A stretch of 64,000 nt of DNA from Bugula neritina (GCA_964035545.1 OZ037767.1:31822628-31886627), one strand, 5' to 3'; positions 1 to 16,474 are shown, counted from the stretch's first letter. Made by a program: numbers and translations. Notes: generated by a model not told the origin, from the sequence alone.

Positions 1-139
1 ATACCCTGTATACTATATGCTATACCCTGTATACTATATGCTATACCCTGTATACTATATGCTATACCCTGTATACTATATGCTATAACCTATCCCCAAT
101 ACGCCAAGTGCTATGACACACACTGTTACCATCTTCTAG

Positions 140-3100
140 GAACTACTAACTACACTCACCTGTTCTACGTGCCGAGTCACCCCGGTGAGCTGCCCAAGTA
201 CACTGTACGATGGGGCGACGGCACGCGACGACTGCAGACGTTTAATGCTAAGTTTGATCACATCTACCGGATAGGAGGGGTATTCAACGTGACACTAGAC
301 GCTCACAATGCTGTGAGTAGGAACCACAGCTGGGTGAGTCTCGTATAACACAGTATATGCTTGTAGTATAACACATTATATCCTTGTAGTATAACACAGT
401 ATATCCTTGTAGTATAACACATTATATCCTTGTAGTATAACACATTATATCCTTGTAGTATAACACATTATATCCTTGTAGTATAACACATTATATCCTT
501 GTAGTATAACACAGTATATCCTTGTAGTATAACACATTATATCCTTGTAGTATAACACATTATATCCTTGTAGTATAACACAGTATATGCTTGTAGTATA
601 ACACATTATATCCTTGTAGTATAACACAGTATATGCTTGTAGTATAACAAGTTATATCCTTGTAGTATAACACATTATATCCTTGTAGTATAACACATTA
701 TATCCTTGTAGTATAACACAGTATATGCTTGTAGTATAACACATTATATCCTTGTAGTATAACACAGTATATGCTTGTAGTATAACAAGTTATATCCTTG
801 TAGTATAACACATTATATCCTTGTAGTATAACACATTATATGCTTGTAGTATAACACATTATATCCTTGTAGTATAACACATTATATCCTTGTAGTATAA
901 CACAGTATATCCTTGTAGTATAACACATTATATCCTTGTAGTATAACACATTATATGCTTGTAGTATAACACATTATATCCTTGTAGTATAACACAGTAT
1001 ATGCTTGTAGTATAACACATTATATCCTTGTAGTATAACACATTATATCCTTGTAGTATAACACATTATATCCTTGTAGTATAACACAGTATATCCTTGT
1101 AGTATAACACAGTATATGCTTGTAGTATAACACATTATATCCTTGTAGTATAACACATTATATCCTTGTAGTATAACAAGTTATATCCTTGTAGTATAAC
1201 ACATTATATCCTTGTAGTATAACACAGTATATGCTTGTAGTATAACAAGTTATATCCTTGTAGTATAACACATTATATCCTTGTAGTATAACACAGTATA
1301 TCCTTGTAGTATAACACATTATATCCTTGTAGTATAACACATTATATCCTTGTAGTATAACACATTATATGCTTGTAGTATAACACAGTATATGCTTGTA
1401 GTATAACACATTATATCCTTGTAGTATAACACATTATATCCTTGTAGTATAACAAGTTATATCCTTGTAGTATAACACATTATATGCTTGTAGTATAACA
1501 CATTATATCCTTGTAGTATAACACAGTATATCCTTGTAGTATAACACAGTATATCCTTGTAGTATAACACAGTATATCCTTGTAGTATAACACATTATAT
1601 CCTTGTAGTATAACACATTATATCCTTGTAGTATAACACATTATATGCTTGTAGTATAACACAGTATATCCTTGTAGTATAACACAGTATATCCTTGTAG
1701 TATAACACATTATATCCTTGTAGTATAACACTTCTAACTGGCATAAAATAATACACTATCTGTGACTGGTTTCTTTGCAGACTACCGTAGCCATTCAGGA
1801 TGAAATACTTGGACTGAGTTTAGATAAAGACTATTTTATTACGGCACTGGACAACCAATCAACTCTCTTCATTTCCATAGACCAAGGAACTAACGTTACG
1901 TACACAATCACTATATATGACCAGACTAACACTGTGTATGTTCTGCGTCATGACCAGGATAATGCAGACGTTCCTGGGGAAAATCACGGTGGGTCATACG
2001 TATATATTATGTAGTATATAGTATAGCATATATTATAGTATATAAGTATATTGTATATATATAAGTATATACGTATATAGTATATATTATAGTATATACA
2101 TATATTGTATATATATAAGTATATACGTATATAGTATATATAAGTATAGTATATATGAGTATAGTATATATGAGTATAGTATATATGAATATTATATATA
2201 AGTATATATGTATATTGTATATATATAAGTATAGTATATACGTATATTGTATATATGAGTATAGTATATATGAATATTATATATAAGTATAGTATATATA
2301 AGTATAGTATATATGAGTATAGTATATGTAAGTATAGTATATACGTATATGGTATATATAAGTATAGTATATATGACTATTATATATGAGTATAGTATGT
2401 ATGAGTATAGTATATATGAGTATAGTATATATGAGTATAGTATATATGAATATTATATATAAGTATATATGTATATTGTATATATATAAGTATAGTATAT
2501 ACGTATATTGTATATATGAGTATAGTATATATGAATATTATATATAAGTATAGTATATATAAGTATAGTATATATGAGTATAGTATATATAAGTATAGTA
2601 TATACGTATATGGTATATATAAGTATAGTATATATGAATATTATATATGAGTATAGTATATATAAGTATAGTATATATGAACATTATATATGAGTATAGT
2701 ATATATGAGTATAGTATATATGAGTATAGTATAATATATGAACATTATATATGAGTATAGTATATATGAGTATAGTATATATGAGTATAGTATATATGAA
2801 TGTTATATATAAACAGGATACACTGCCCACCTGAACTACACATTTCGAGCGCCAGGAAACTGGACGATGAAAGTTTCAGCAGAGAACTGTATCAGTGTAC
2901 GAGAAGCCACTCTCTGGTTCAAGGTAGAAATCCCCGTGGTTGGGCTAGACATCATTGATATCCCTCCGATACCGTACCTGTCCCCCACTCTCATATACTT
3001 CTCTATTGGTTAGTTGATTATCTCATATACTTCTCTATTGGTTAGTTGATTATCTCATCTACTTCTCTATTGGTTAGTTAATAATCTCATCTACTTCTCT

Positions 3101-6100
3101 ATTGGTTAGTTAATAATCTCATCTACTTCTCTATTGGTTAGTTGATAATCTCATCTACTTCTCTATTAGTTAATTGATTATATTTCCTCACTGGTTAATG
3201 ACTCTATTGTTATGTTGTGGTATGCTTTGTAATATATTAAACATTATTGCAGTTAACGGAACTGATATTACATTTACCTGTAACTTCGATGGCCAGCCAA
3301 CACGTGATTGGGTGATGCATGAGGCGGGAATCAAAGGACATCAGTGTGAGTTGGACTTATCACTTTGAATATGATGCACTGTTGTATGAATATGATATAC
3401 TACTGTATGAATATGATATACTACTGTATGAATATGATATACTACTGTATGAATATGATATACTACTGTATGAATATGATATACTACTGTATGAATATGA
3501 TATACTACTGTATGAATATGATATACTATTGTATGAATATGATATAATACTGTATGAATATGATATACTACTGTATGAATATGATATACTACTGTATGAA
3601 TATGATATACTACTGTATGAATATGATATACTACTGTATGAATATGATATACTACTGTATGAATATGATATACTACTGTATGAATATGATATACTACTGT
3701 ATGAATATGATATACTACTGTATGAATATGATATACTACTGTATGAATATGATATACTGAGATCCCGTGAATTGCAGATGATGATGTGGAAAACATGAAG
3801 TTCTCTCTTGTGTACACCACGATGAGGGACTGGATACAGGGCGGCAGAGTGGGGCCCCTTGATGTTACAGAGGAGGAGGCCGAAGAACTCGGGCTAGGAG
3901 ACTTGCTCTCAAAGCTGAAATCTTTCCGGGAGTCGCCGCTGGAGCTACTAGCCGGACCGATGGTAGACATCGAGCACAGCTTAGACGATACACACAACGT
4001 CAGCATAACGAGTCTGTTGGATGAGCTGGACAGCCTGGCTAATGAGTACATGCAGCTGGCTGCCATCAGGTTACCACAACGTTGTGCTATACGTCTGCTT
4101 GTGTCTATCTGTCTGTCTGTCTCTGTGTAGTTGTATGTTGTCTTGAGATTAGAGCTCTTGCTATCTGGGAGTAACAAAGATAATAACTCTATTTACGTAA
4201 AAGTTCTGTGTATGTGTAATGATTGAATCAGATGAATGACGTGAATTTAACCGAGATAGTATAATAGACTAGGGAAACAATCTCAATAATAAAATCTAGA
4301 CTCTGTTCCTACAATGTATTACATCAGAGAAATTATGATTTCAGGCCAGAAGGTGTGGTGATGGGCAGCACGTGGCATCATGGCATGGCCTACATCCAAC
4401 TGGAGGACTACTTGGTTACTGGACCTCACGTCCTTGAACTCAATGCTACTAACGCTGTACAGGTTGGTCTCACCTCCTCCCGACTCACTGTCTTAGTTCC
4501 TAAGGCTATACTAGTTATATCTGTCAATATGTGTTGCCACTGTTACTATGGTTACTACTGTTACTATGGTTACTACTATTACTATGGTTACTACTGTTAC
4601 TACTGTTTCTATGGTTTTTACTGTTCCTACTGTCACTATAGTTTCTACTGTTCCTACTGTTACTATGGTTACTACTGTTAGTACTGCTACTAATGTTACT
4701 AGTTTTACTATGGTTACTACTGTTACTACAGTTACTACAGTTACTATGGTTACTGTTGCTATGGTTACAGGAAGGCATTGTGTCAACTGATTTCACTCTC
4801 TGGGTTGAATATATCATCACAGACCTTGTAATGTTGGCCAATGAGACGTTTGTGAAGACGCACGACTTCATTCTCTTCAACGCCACCGTCTCTCAACTCT
4901 CTCGTGCCAACACCACCATCTTCTACGGGGATCCTCACCAGGAAATGGAGTATCGATATGAGATGCTAACAGGTGACTGCTCTAGTGTAATTCTCTCTAC
5001 ACCATATACTCTGTATATACTGTTATATTCTACTGTATTATATTATACTGTATTATAGTGTATTCTCTCTACACCATATACTCTGTATATACTGTTATAT
5101 TCTACTGTATTATATTATACTGTATTATAGTGTATTCTCTCTACACCATATACTCTGTATATACTGTTATATTCTACTATATTATATTATACTGTATTAT
5201 AGTGTATCCTCTCTACACCATATACTCTGTATATACTGTTATATTCTACTGTATTATATTATACTGTATTATAGTGTATTCTCTCTACACCATATACTCT
5301 GTATATACTCTGTATATACTGTTATATTCTACTGTATTATAGTGTATTCTCTCTACACATGGTGTTGCATACTATACATCATACTTCATATATTATATTC
5401 ACCAGATGATGTCATCGAGTTTGTCCATGCGTACAACGAGTCCGGGAACTTCACAGTCTATCTCGAGTCTATCAACAATGTGTCTCGCTCCGACGCCTCC
5501 CTCAACGTTACCATACAGGACCCGTGCGAAGGCCTGCACTTCGCCACGAATAGCCCTGTGACCAGGCCACAGTCTACCCCTGGGGTCGGAGAGATTTACA
5601 TCTACTGGAACCCTGCTGAGGCTCTCTTTCCTACAGGTACTCTTTAACTAGTGTTGCTTGAGCATAACACAAGTATTACTTGAGTTTAACTTGAGTTTAA
5701 GTAAAGTATACCACAAATACAACTTGAATACTACATAAGTTTAACACAAGTTAACGCAATTGTAAGTGCTGTTCACTAATGTTTGAACTAGCACAGTATC
5801 ACATATTCACATGTCAATATGTATAGTATACGTGTCGTGTTTACCACAAGTATGAGTATATGTGATACTGTACGTAATATGTGTCGTGTTTAGATGCATT
5901 CGTTTGGATATCCTACGGAGAGAAAGGGTATACTACAGACGTGTACTTCGGAGTGAGTGAAGTGCTGGAGATGGTAGTAATAGATGACGACAGCGACAGC
6001 AGAAGTCATGACAAGTTTGCCTTGTGAGTCATCAGCTCTTATGAGTCATAAACTTATTCATACCCTTTATCAGTGTGATAGACTGATTTGTGCCCTTTAT

Positions 6101-9100
6101 CAGTGTGATAGACTGATTTGTGCCCTTTATCAGTGTGATAGACTAATAATTACACTGTGTTGAGGGGAAAATATCATCCCATAATAATTTTCAGGCTCTC
6201 TCAGCTCTCCAGTGATGAAAATCCTCTCCTCAGCGAATCCATGACCAACGGCTCAGTTCTGTACAAGTTAAACACCCACAGATCCACTACACCCTACAAC
6301 TACCTGGACCATGGTGATTACTCGCTCACAGTGAATGTCTCTAACCTTGTGAGGTCAGTCGAGATGATTCTTACTATTTTGAGTGTTTTATACACAGCTA
6401 CAGAAACAGTATTAATGTTTAAAAGATATGTAGCTCTGTTACTTCAGTTGTACACGTCACATGTTATGTAAGAGTGTTACTACAGCTGTACATGTCACAG
6501 AGTTATATAGCTGTGTTACTGTGATATTTTTGTGGGTTGAATAGAACTAGTGCCTGAACATACTCTTTGTTAGAGAGAACAAGATGTATTGTAAAGGTGT
6601 AGAAATCTTTATTTAATCGAATGATACAATATAGTGAAGGTCCTCTGCCAGTGAGCTCCAGTAGTAGACTGAACTACACTGGAGCTCGCTTGCTTTTATA
6701 TACAACAAGATACAGTGCTTTTTCGTTGTTGCCGAGATCGGAGGCCCGAAATGCCGATTTTCGGCATTTCGGAAAACCGAAATGCCGATCTCGCAACCGG
6801 AAACAAGTACATGCAAAAATCTACTACACAATTACAGCATAAAAATTGATACGCAACATTAGTACAAAAAATATTACATAACTTCAGAATGCGTATTTCA
6901 GTAAAATTACATTATGTTGAAAGCTTCAACAGTAATTACCATACTTAGGCATTAGCAAGCTAGCTTACTTAACTATAATTACAGAGTTAATAACGATACG
7001 TAACAGTATTTATAATATACTGTTGCACGCTGTTATTTCGCAACTAATAGAGGGTAAAAATCCATTACATTACTACAGCTGTACATGTCACAGAGTTATA
7101 TAGATGTGTTGCTGCAGCTGTACATGTCACAGAGTCATATAGCTGTGTTACTGCAGCTGTACGTGTCACAGAGTCATATAGCTGTGTTACTGCAGCTGCA
7201 CACATTGCTGTATCATGTAGCTGGAGACTCTGGCAGGACACTATAGTGGTGGACCAGGATGTGGTGGACCTCACCGTCGTCTCTGACATCTATTACTTGA
7301 CATTTGGGTTTGAGGCTAGGCTGGATGTGACCATGATATGGGGAACGAGAATTGAGCTGACATGGTGAGTTTGTCTTGTTGACTCAATTGTTACTAAATG
7401 TTACTCCTGTTTCTAGTAATTAAATTGCTGATACGATAAAACAATATTATATATTATAATATTACATGATGTAATATTATAATATTATATAATATTGGGT
7501 GATATAATAATATACTATTATATAATATAACATAATATGGTACAATGTAATATCACATGATATAGCAATAAACTATATTATAATATAATACCATATCATA
7601 ACCTTTATTTATTTCTCACTCAACATTTATTGTATTTATTGGTTTAGAGTTTAGAAGATGTTATTTGCACATGTTTGATTATAGTTAGTTCAAGTATATC
7701 TCATTAGCAATGATTGGCTGAGCCTCACTGTCCATGCATGTGATTGGCTGATACCGTAGGGACTATAAGGATAGTTCTGCTGACGAATCGGCAGCATACA
7801 AGCCAGGGGAAGACAACTACATGATACACCAGTACAACGAGGTCGGCGTGTACTGGGTGGTGGTGACGGCTGTGAATAGTGTGGGGACCTGGAAGGATGT
7901 GCTGCCCGAACCCATCATAGTGCAGCACCCCATCATAGGCTTCTCCCTGGAAGTTTGTGAGTCTCAGTCTATGAAATGTGTATAGTATACTCAGTCTATG
8001 AAATATATATATAGTATACTCAGTCTATGAAATATATATAGTATACTCAGTCTATGAAATATATATAGTATACTCAGTCTATGAAATATATATAGTATAC
8101 TCAGTCTATGAAATATATATATAGTATACTCAGTCTATGAAATATATATAGTATACTCAGTCTATGAAATATATATAGTATACTCAGTCTATGAAATATA
8201 TATAGTATACTCAGTCTATGAAATATATATAGTATACTCAGTCTATGAAATATATATAGTATACTCAGTCTATGAAATATGTATAGTATACTCAGTCTAT
8301 GAAATGTGTATAGTATACTCAGTCTATGAAATATATATATAGTATACTCAGTCTATGAAATATATATAGTATACTCAGTCTATGAAATATATATAGTATA
8401 CTCAGTCTATGAAATATATATAGTATACTCAGTCTATGAAATATATATAGTATACTCAGTCTATGAAATATATATAGTATACTCAGTCTATGAAATATGT
8501 ATAGTATACTCAGTCTATGAAATATATATAGTATACTCAGTCTATGAAATGTGTATAGTATACTCAGTCTATGAAATATATATAGTATACTCAGTCTATG
8601 AAATATATATAGTATACTCAGTCTATGAAATATATATAGTATACTCAGTCTATGAAATATATATAGTATACTCAGTCTATGAAATATATATATATAGTAT
8701 ACTCAGTCTATGAAATATATATAGTATACTCAGTCTATGAAATATATATAGTATACTCAGTCTATGAAATATATATAGTATACTCAGTCTATGAAATATA
8801 TATAGTATACTCAGTCTATGAAATATATATAGTATACTCAGTCTATGAAATATATATAGTATACTCAGTCTATGAAATATATATAGTATACTCAGTCTAT
8901 AAAATATATATAGTATACTCAGTCTATGAAATATATATATAGTATACTCAGTCTATGAAATATATATAGTATACTATCTTATACAATAAATTGTACACAA
9001 TACAGTGTAGGGTATAACTGCATAGTGTATGGTAAGTATGGTTTATATAGTTTAGTTGTATATAACACCTCTCAGTACAGAGCATATTGCTCCACGTCTC

Positions 9101-12100
9101 ATTACAGCTTACAAGAAGGTACTACTCGAATACCCCACTTGGATAACCAAAGTCCAGTCATACATCATGTTAGACAGGAATTATCCAATGGCTACCAACG
9201 TTACTGCAGTCTTCTCTTTGGACGCTCGAGATCCAAACATTACAGAAGTTGTCGTGGACCTCAATGAGGCGTATGCGGCGTGTGACCATTTTAAGAGTAA
9301 CGTCACACATGAACACATCGCCACTATCAGCCATGACTATCAATACATTGCAAGGTATGTGTAGTTTGACAGGTGTCACAAGGTGCCGTGTAATCTAACA
9401 TGTGTCACATGACATAATGTAATATTTATATATTGTGTATTCTGCAGACGTCATATGCACGTGGTGATGACCAATCTCGTCTCAACAGCAACCTATGACG
9501 ACTATTTCAACGTCTACGAGGACATCTACAACATGACTCTCTGGCCAAAGTCTCTGCTGAAAGAGGAAGACGCACCCTACGTTGAACGGCGGCGTTCGGG
9601 TAAGCTCTTGTGGTCACAGTGACTCGGTATCATAGAGTGTCACAGTATCAGAGTGTGTCACAGTATCAGAGTGTGTTACAGTATCAGAGTGTGTCACAGT
9701 ATCAGAGTGTGTCACAGTATCAGAGTATGTCACAGTATCATAGAGTGTCACAGTATCAGAGTGTGTCACAGTATCAGAGTATGTCACAGTATCATAGAGT
9801 GTCACAGTATCAGAGTATGTCACAGTATCATAGAGTGTCACAGTATCAGAGTGTGTCACAGTATCAGAGTATGTCACAGTATCATAGAGTGTCACAGTAT
9901 CAGAGTGTGTCACAGTATCAGAGTATGTCACAGTATCATAGAGTGTCACAGTATCAGAGTATGTCACAGTATCATAGAGTGTCACAGTATCAGAGTGTGT
10001 CACAGTATCAGAGTATGTCACAGTATCAGAGAGTGTCACAGTATCAGAATGTATGAACAAGTTGTGTGTACTCTGTTTGCTATACCACTTGTGAATTTAT
10101 CGAAGGTTTTGGTGTGGGTCTAAACAAGTTCCCTCTGGACGAAGTGATCATCATAGAGATTGACCAGCTGAAGGGGTCATTTGTCAACTACACGTGGGAC
10201 TTTGGTGACAACTACACGACTGTGACACACGAGTCTGACTATATCACTCATCAGTATAAATATGTTGGTAAGTTTGCTATTATCTCACCACTCATCAGTA
10301 TAAATATGTTGGTAAGTTTGCTATTATCTGACCACTCATCAGTATAAATACGTTGGTAAGTTTGCTATTATCTCACCACTCATCAGTATAAATATGTTGG
10401 TAAGTTTGCTATAATTTCAATTCAGCTGTCTTGTCTTTGTAATGATACATATTACATATACATAAACACGTTTACACTGTTGTTGGTTATCACAGTATGC
10501 TTTATAGTTATTCTGTTTTATAGTTTTGTTTAACAAATTTTGACAAAAGCATCAGAGATATTTAGGAGTTGCGTTACTTTGTGTAATGTCGCATGTAGAA
10601 ATATTCGTGCACCATGTGATGCTGACACGTTCACCAATACGAGGTACGTGCTGACTTGTACAGTTCCTCTATCATACCATCATAATACAACGACAAGGAA
10701 TTCCTTCTCAACTTCATTGACCCGGAGAGCAAGCCGTTGTCCGGTGTCCACTTGTCCGTCACCAAACCAATTCTCTGCGGCAATTCAAACTTCTGCAAAC
10801 CCTCTACAAGTATAAGCATTATCGTGTAGTGTTGAGATATATCAATGCAGACCCTCTACAACTATAAGCAATACTGTGTGTGTAGTCCAGCACTCACTCG
10901 CTATGCCGAGCTCCTGTATCTCCTCCAGTACAAGACCCTCCATGTCTCCCAGACTCCTCTCATCTGATCCTCGTGTATTTCCTCTCTTCTCTGCAATTCT
11001 CTGTAGCTGGTTCACATCTGGTACGACTATTGCCACCACCACCTGCTCATCTGGTCTCACCACCACAAAGATGTTCTCAACAGATAGACATGCCTTCAGC
11101 ACCATCTCTACTTTCTCTGTAAACACAATTCCCTATTGGCAATATAGCAGCTGTCAGGGTCTTCTATCATCGGTGAATTTCATAACACCTGGCCAAATGT
11201 AACATAATATTTACCTGTCGCATGGGAAAGATATTTACCTGCGGAAACGAACTGTCCAGTCTGGAGTTTAGCAATGTCGTTCTTTCTCTGTAATATAACT
11301 ACAGTGCCATCTTCTCTCACCTTCCCAATGTCCCCTGTTGCAAACCATCTCATGTATCCTCGGGGATGGAAGCTCTCCTCTGTTTTATCCTCGTTGTTAT
11401 AGTAACCAAGGGCAACAGTTGGACCTCCTATCCAAATCTCCCCACAAGTGCAGTTGGGATCCTCCATAGCATACCCTCCATCCTCCCAGTCTACCAGTTT
11501 GATATAGTTGCAAGGCAGTGGCGCCCCCACGTGGCCACTAGTTAAGTCGTCTACATCGCTCACGCACCCGGCACCCCCAGTCTCCGTCAGACCGTAGCCC
11601 TGGAGCACTGGACAGCATAGCACCAGTCGTAGGAACTCCTGTGTGTCAGGGTGGAGTGGAGCGCCTCCCGACAGCACACAACAGAGATTGTTTGTCCCTA
11701 GCCTCAGTTTCAAGTGCCTCATAATAGTTCTGTTGATGAAGGGCGTGTTTGCACCCCTCTGCAGCCACTTCCTCTTGTATTCCAGTGCGAATTCAAAGAA
11801 AGTTCGCTTCAGGAGACAAGCCTGTCGCATGTCACGGAGAATCCTCCTGTGCATGCTACTGAATATGGATGGAACTCCGACCAGAACTATTTGGAAGAGA
11901 TAAAACACTCACACCTATACTCTATGTATTTTATATTAGCAACAACAAATACCACTCTCTGGGACAAAAGATTACAAACTTTGTCATCTCACTATTTCTT
12001 ATTACCTGATGGTTTCAAAACCTGTATATCTCCTTTGCATTTACTTGCCAGTCCATCTCTGCCAGTAGTAAGGGTAGACATGGACCCGTACCCTATTGCT

Positions 12101-15100
12101 AGTCCAAGGTAGAGGCACGAGATCTCTGCTACCAGTTCCAGCACGTGAGATAATGGATGATAAGCCAAGTATATGCCTCCACTTTTATAACAGAAACAAC
12201 CTTTTACTAAAATTAACTGCTCATGGTTCACACAATTCAACTCCACTCTTAACCAACTCTTTCACAACTCTACTCTCTCATAACTAACTCTACTCTCTCA
12301 TAACTAACTCTACTCTCTCATAACTAACTCTACTCTCTCATAACTAACTCTACTCTCTCATAACTAACTCTACTCTCTCATAACTAACTCTACTCTCTCA
12401 TAACTAACTCTACTCTCTCATAACTAACTCTACTCTCTCATAACTAACTCTACTCTCTCATAACTAACTCTACTCTCTCATAACTAACTCTACTCTCTCA
12501 TGACTAACTCTACTCTCTCATAACTCCACTCTCTCATAACTAACTCTACTCTCTCATAACTAACTCTACTCTCTCATAACTAACTCTACTCTCTCATAAC
12601 TAACTCTACTCTCTCATGACTAACTCTACTCTCTCATAACTAACTCTACTCTCTCTTGACCTTCACCTGATGCATATGCGCACTGTAAGCCCCGCACAAG
12701 CGGCCACCAGATTGCCGTGGGACAGCATTACTCCTTTAGGGGTGTCACAACTCCCACTTGTAAACATGACGACTGCCAGGTCTGTTGGTTTTGGTATTGA
12801 CTGGGGTTGGCTGTCATCAGCGTGTCTTCTTCCATTCTCTAGGATTTCTTCAAAGCTTATTAAATTCACTCCCATATCTGGAAATATATCAACTCCGTAA
12901 GCTTTAGTGTCACAGGGCACACACAGATTCTTGAGACAGATTCAGCTGATAATATAGTCTAGTAAATAAGTTGCTGAATATAGCGTGTTTTACCATCTGA
13001 CTTCTCCAGGCTTCTCTCTTTATTTGTCATGTAAACTATTGTCTTTACGCTAGTGTTTGGCTTTAGAGCTGCATACAACTTCTCCAGCAGTCTTTGTGAG
13101 GTTATAACATGTGTTACCTAGCAATAACACAGATATGTGTTACCTAGCAACAACATAGGATGCGCTACCTAACAATAACACATATGTGTTACCTAACAAC
13201 AACATAGGATGCGCTACCTAGCAATAACGCTACATTTACTTACACCAGTGTTTCTGATGACATCAGCTATTGCATCACTTCCTGTTGCCGTGTAGAGGGT
13301 CACTAATGTGATGTTCTCTCGGAAACAGGCCTGAGCTGCTATCATCCATTCAGCTCGAGTCTCGGCAAACAGCAGCACATTATGCTTTGGTTTCACACCT
13401 TCACTGATGAGTCCTTGATAATATCATGGAATACTGTATGAGTTATGTTATATACTATGTAATTATACTACATTTTATTGTACTGCTTGTTAATTTATTA
13501 TAATGTATAGTAATGTTATGTAATAATATTGCATTGTATATTTATTTTTTATTATATAATATATTATATGTTAATGCATTATTATTACACTATATAATGA
13601 TATATTATTATATAATACATTAATATAATATCATATATCTAGTAACTACTAATATTGATATATAATACTTTATTATCTATCATTATTCTATTATATAATA
13701 ATATGTTATGTATTCATATTAAATTATGTAAAAATATTACATTTTATATTATTATATTATTGTATAATATTATAATATATAGTAATGTTGTATTGTGTAC
13801 TAATATTTTATTGTGTAGTAATATGTATTATTATATAATTATATATTATTATATAACACATTATTATTATTTTATATATCTGATAACTACTTCACCTTTT
13901 GCAAAGTTGGTGACAGCGTCAGCCACTTCACTGTAGGTCAGCCACTTGTATTCTCCCAAACTCACTGCTCTACTTAGACTATCACTGCTACTAATATCTC
14001 CCAGCACTACTCTTGTGCCTATATCAGTAAATTATAAATATAATATACAAGTTTGCTGACCACTGGTACTCACTAGAGAAAGGGGGACAACTCCCTAATA
14101 CAAATATTCCCCTAGTATTGTTACATACTCTACTACACACCTAGACAAGCTGAGTGAGCATGCTCAGACACTGCCTTTGAGAAGAGCTCGTCGAGTGTGC
14201 TACACTCCTCGTCCGGTGTTGTACAGATCTCCCCTTCCTCAGCACATCTGTACGGCCCCGCTGGGTGTCTTGTCAGATTCACGGCTTTCTGTCTGCAGAC
14301 AAATTTATTATTATACTAATAGCACTCACAGTTGTACTAATAGTACTCAGAGTTGTACTAGTAGTACTCACAGTTGTACTAATAGTACTCAGAGTTGTAC
14401 TAGTAGTACTCACAGTTGTACTAATAGTACTCAGAGTTGTACTAGTAGTACTCACAGTTGTACTAATAGTACTCACAGTTGTACTAATAGTACTCACGGT
14501 TGTACTAGTAGCACTCACAGTTGTACTAATAGTACTCACAGCTGTACTAGTAGCACTCACAGTTGTACTAATAGTACTCACAGCTGTACTAGTAGCACTC
14601 ACAGTTGTACTAATAGTACTCACAGTTGTACTAATAGTACTCACAGTTGTACTAATAGTACTCACAGTTGTACTAATAGTACTCACAGTTGTACTAATAG
14701 TACTCACAGTTGTACTAATAGTACTCACAGTTGTACTAATAGTACTCCGAGCTGTATTAATAGTACTCAGAGCTGTACTAGTAGTACTCAGAGCTGTACT
14801 AATAGTACTCAGAGCTGTACTAATAGTACTCAGAGCTGTACTAATAGTACTCACAGTTGTACTAATAGTACTCACAGTTGTACTAATAGTACTCACTAGG
14901 AGACTATTTGCTTAGAGTTAACTGAGTATTCTCACCTGGCTGACAACTCCAAAGCTCTCTTAGGCTCTTGTATGAAGTAAAATGGTAGATAAGTAAAAAT
15001 ATCATAGAAAAATGCTATTATGTGAAAAACATAAACCAGGGTCCACTCTACATAAGAAGTTATACTGGCGTTGGCCTGCATCCCTTGTGTCTTTATGTCT

Positions 15101-16474
15101 GTCTGTTTATCTCTTACAGTTTCATTTCCTGCCACTGTTGACCAGTCCCTAGGCTAGATTTACAAATGGCTGTCTGAGCTTGAAAATCATTTCCCAACTC
15201 AACAATTTTATTTATGCTCAACAATGAGAATGCATCACGTCTTTACACAGCCTTTGTTACTAAGTCATGACTGTAATGTTACCGCAGGTTATGACTGTAA
15301 TGTTACTGCAGGTTATGACTGTATTGTTACTGTAGGTCATGACTGTAGTGTTACTGGGTTATGACTGTAATGTTACTGCAGGTTATGACTGTATTGTTAC
15401 TGTAGGTCATGACTGTAGTTACTGCAAGAGATTCCTTTTTGTTGATGAAAGTAAATAGATATTTTGTAAATGTTTGCTTATTGTCATAAATTTTCTGTTC
15501 TTCAACCATATTTCCTTCCTTATTTTAATGTAGTTAATTAAGGTGTTGAATTATACAAGTTTTTAGAGAGCAAACTATGAAAAGCCTTCAGCTAAATACT
15601 TAATGCCTTATGTACATCCTGGAGGACTCTTTCTCTACTATTCAGCCAGTTAACATGTTCTGTGTACAATAAAGCTTGTTCACATACTACCACACAGAGA
15701 TTGCGTTATGTAGGCACATACATAGTGAGTGTGTTTGCCTCCAACCCCCTTTCCAATGCTACGTATGAGATAGCTGTGGAGATGCAGAGAGGAGTGGGGC
15801 CGGTCTCTATCTATACTCACACCCCCCTTCCTAAAAACACCACTATTGCTATGACGGTAGACCCAGGCTGGGTTGGCACTGGGGCGTGTCACTATGTGGA
15901 CTTTGGGGTCAACTACTACGTCGGTAATTATATTATATTAATTATATTGTATTTATTATAATATAATATGTATATTATGTTTGTTATAATACTATTGTAT
16001 TTATGTGTTTATTATATTATAATTTATTCTTTATCTTATTTTATTATTTTATTTGTTATGCTATATTTATTGTTTTATGTAACACTGTGCTATACTATGT
16101 TATGTTACAAGATGTGATATTAAATGTATTATATATATTTATAATATATTATTATTTAGTAAATATATTATGTATATTATGTTATATATATATCATATTA
16201 TATATATATATATATAGTAAAATGAGTGTTTATAAAACGTTACTAGAGTGCTCTATAGAAATAAATCTAGAGCATAAACATTAGAAGAAATAAAATGAGA
16301 TTTGATTAATATAATGGCATTTATTACTAGTAGTTTCGTACACAAGAACGATGTGCACTCGTCAGATAAATTAGCCACTATCGTGGCTAATTTATCTGAC
16401 GAGTGCACATCGTTCTTGTGTACGAAACTACTAGTAATAAATGCCATTATATTAATCAAATCTCATTTTATTTC

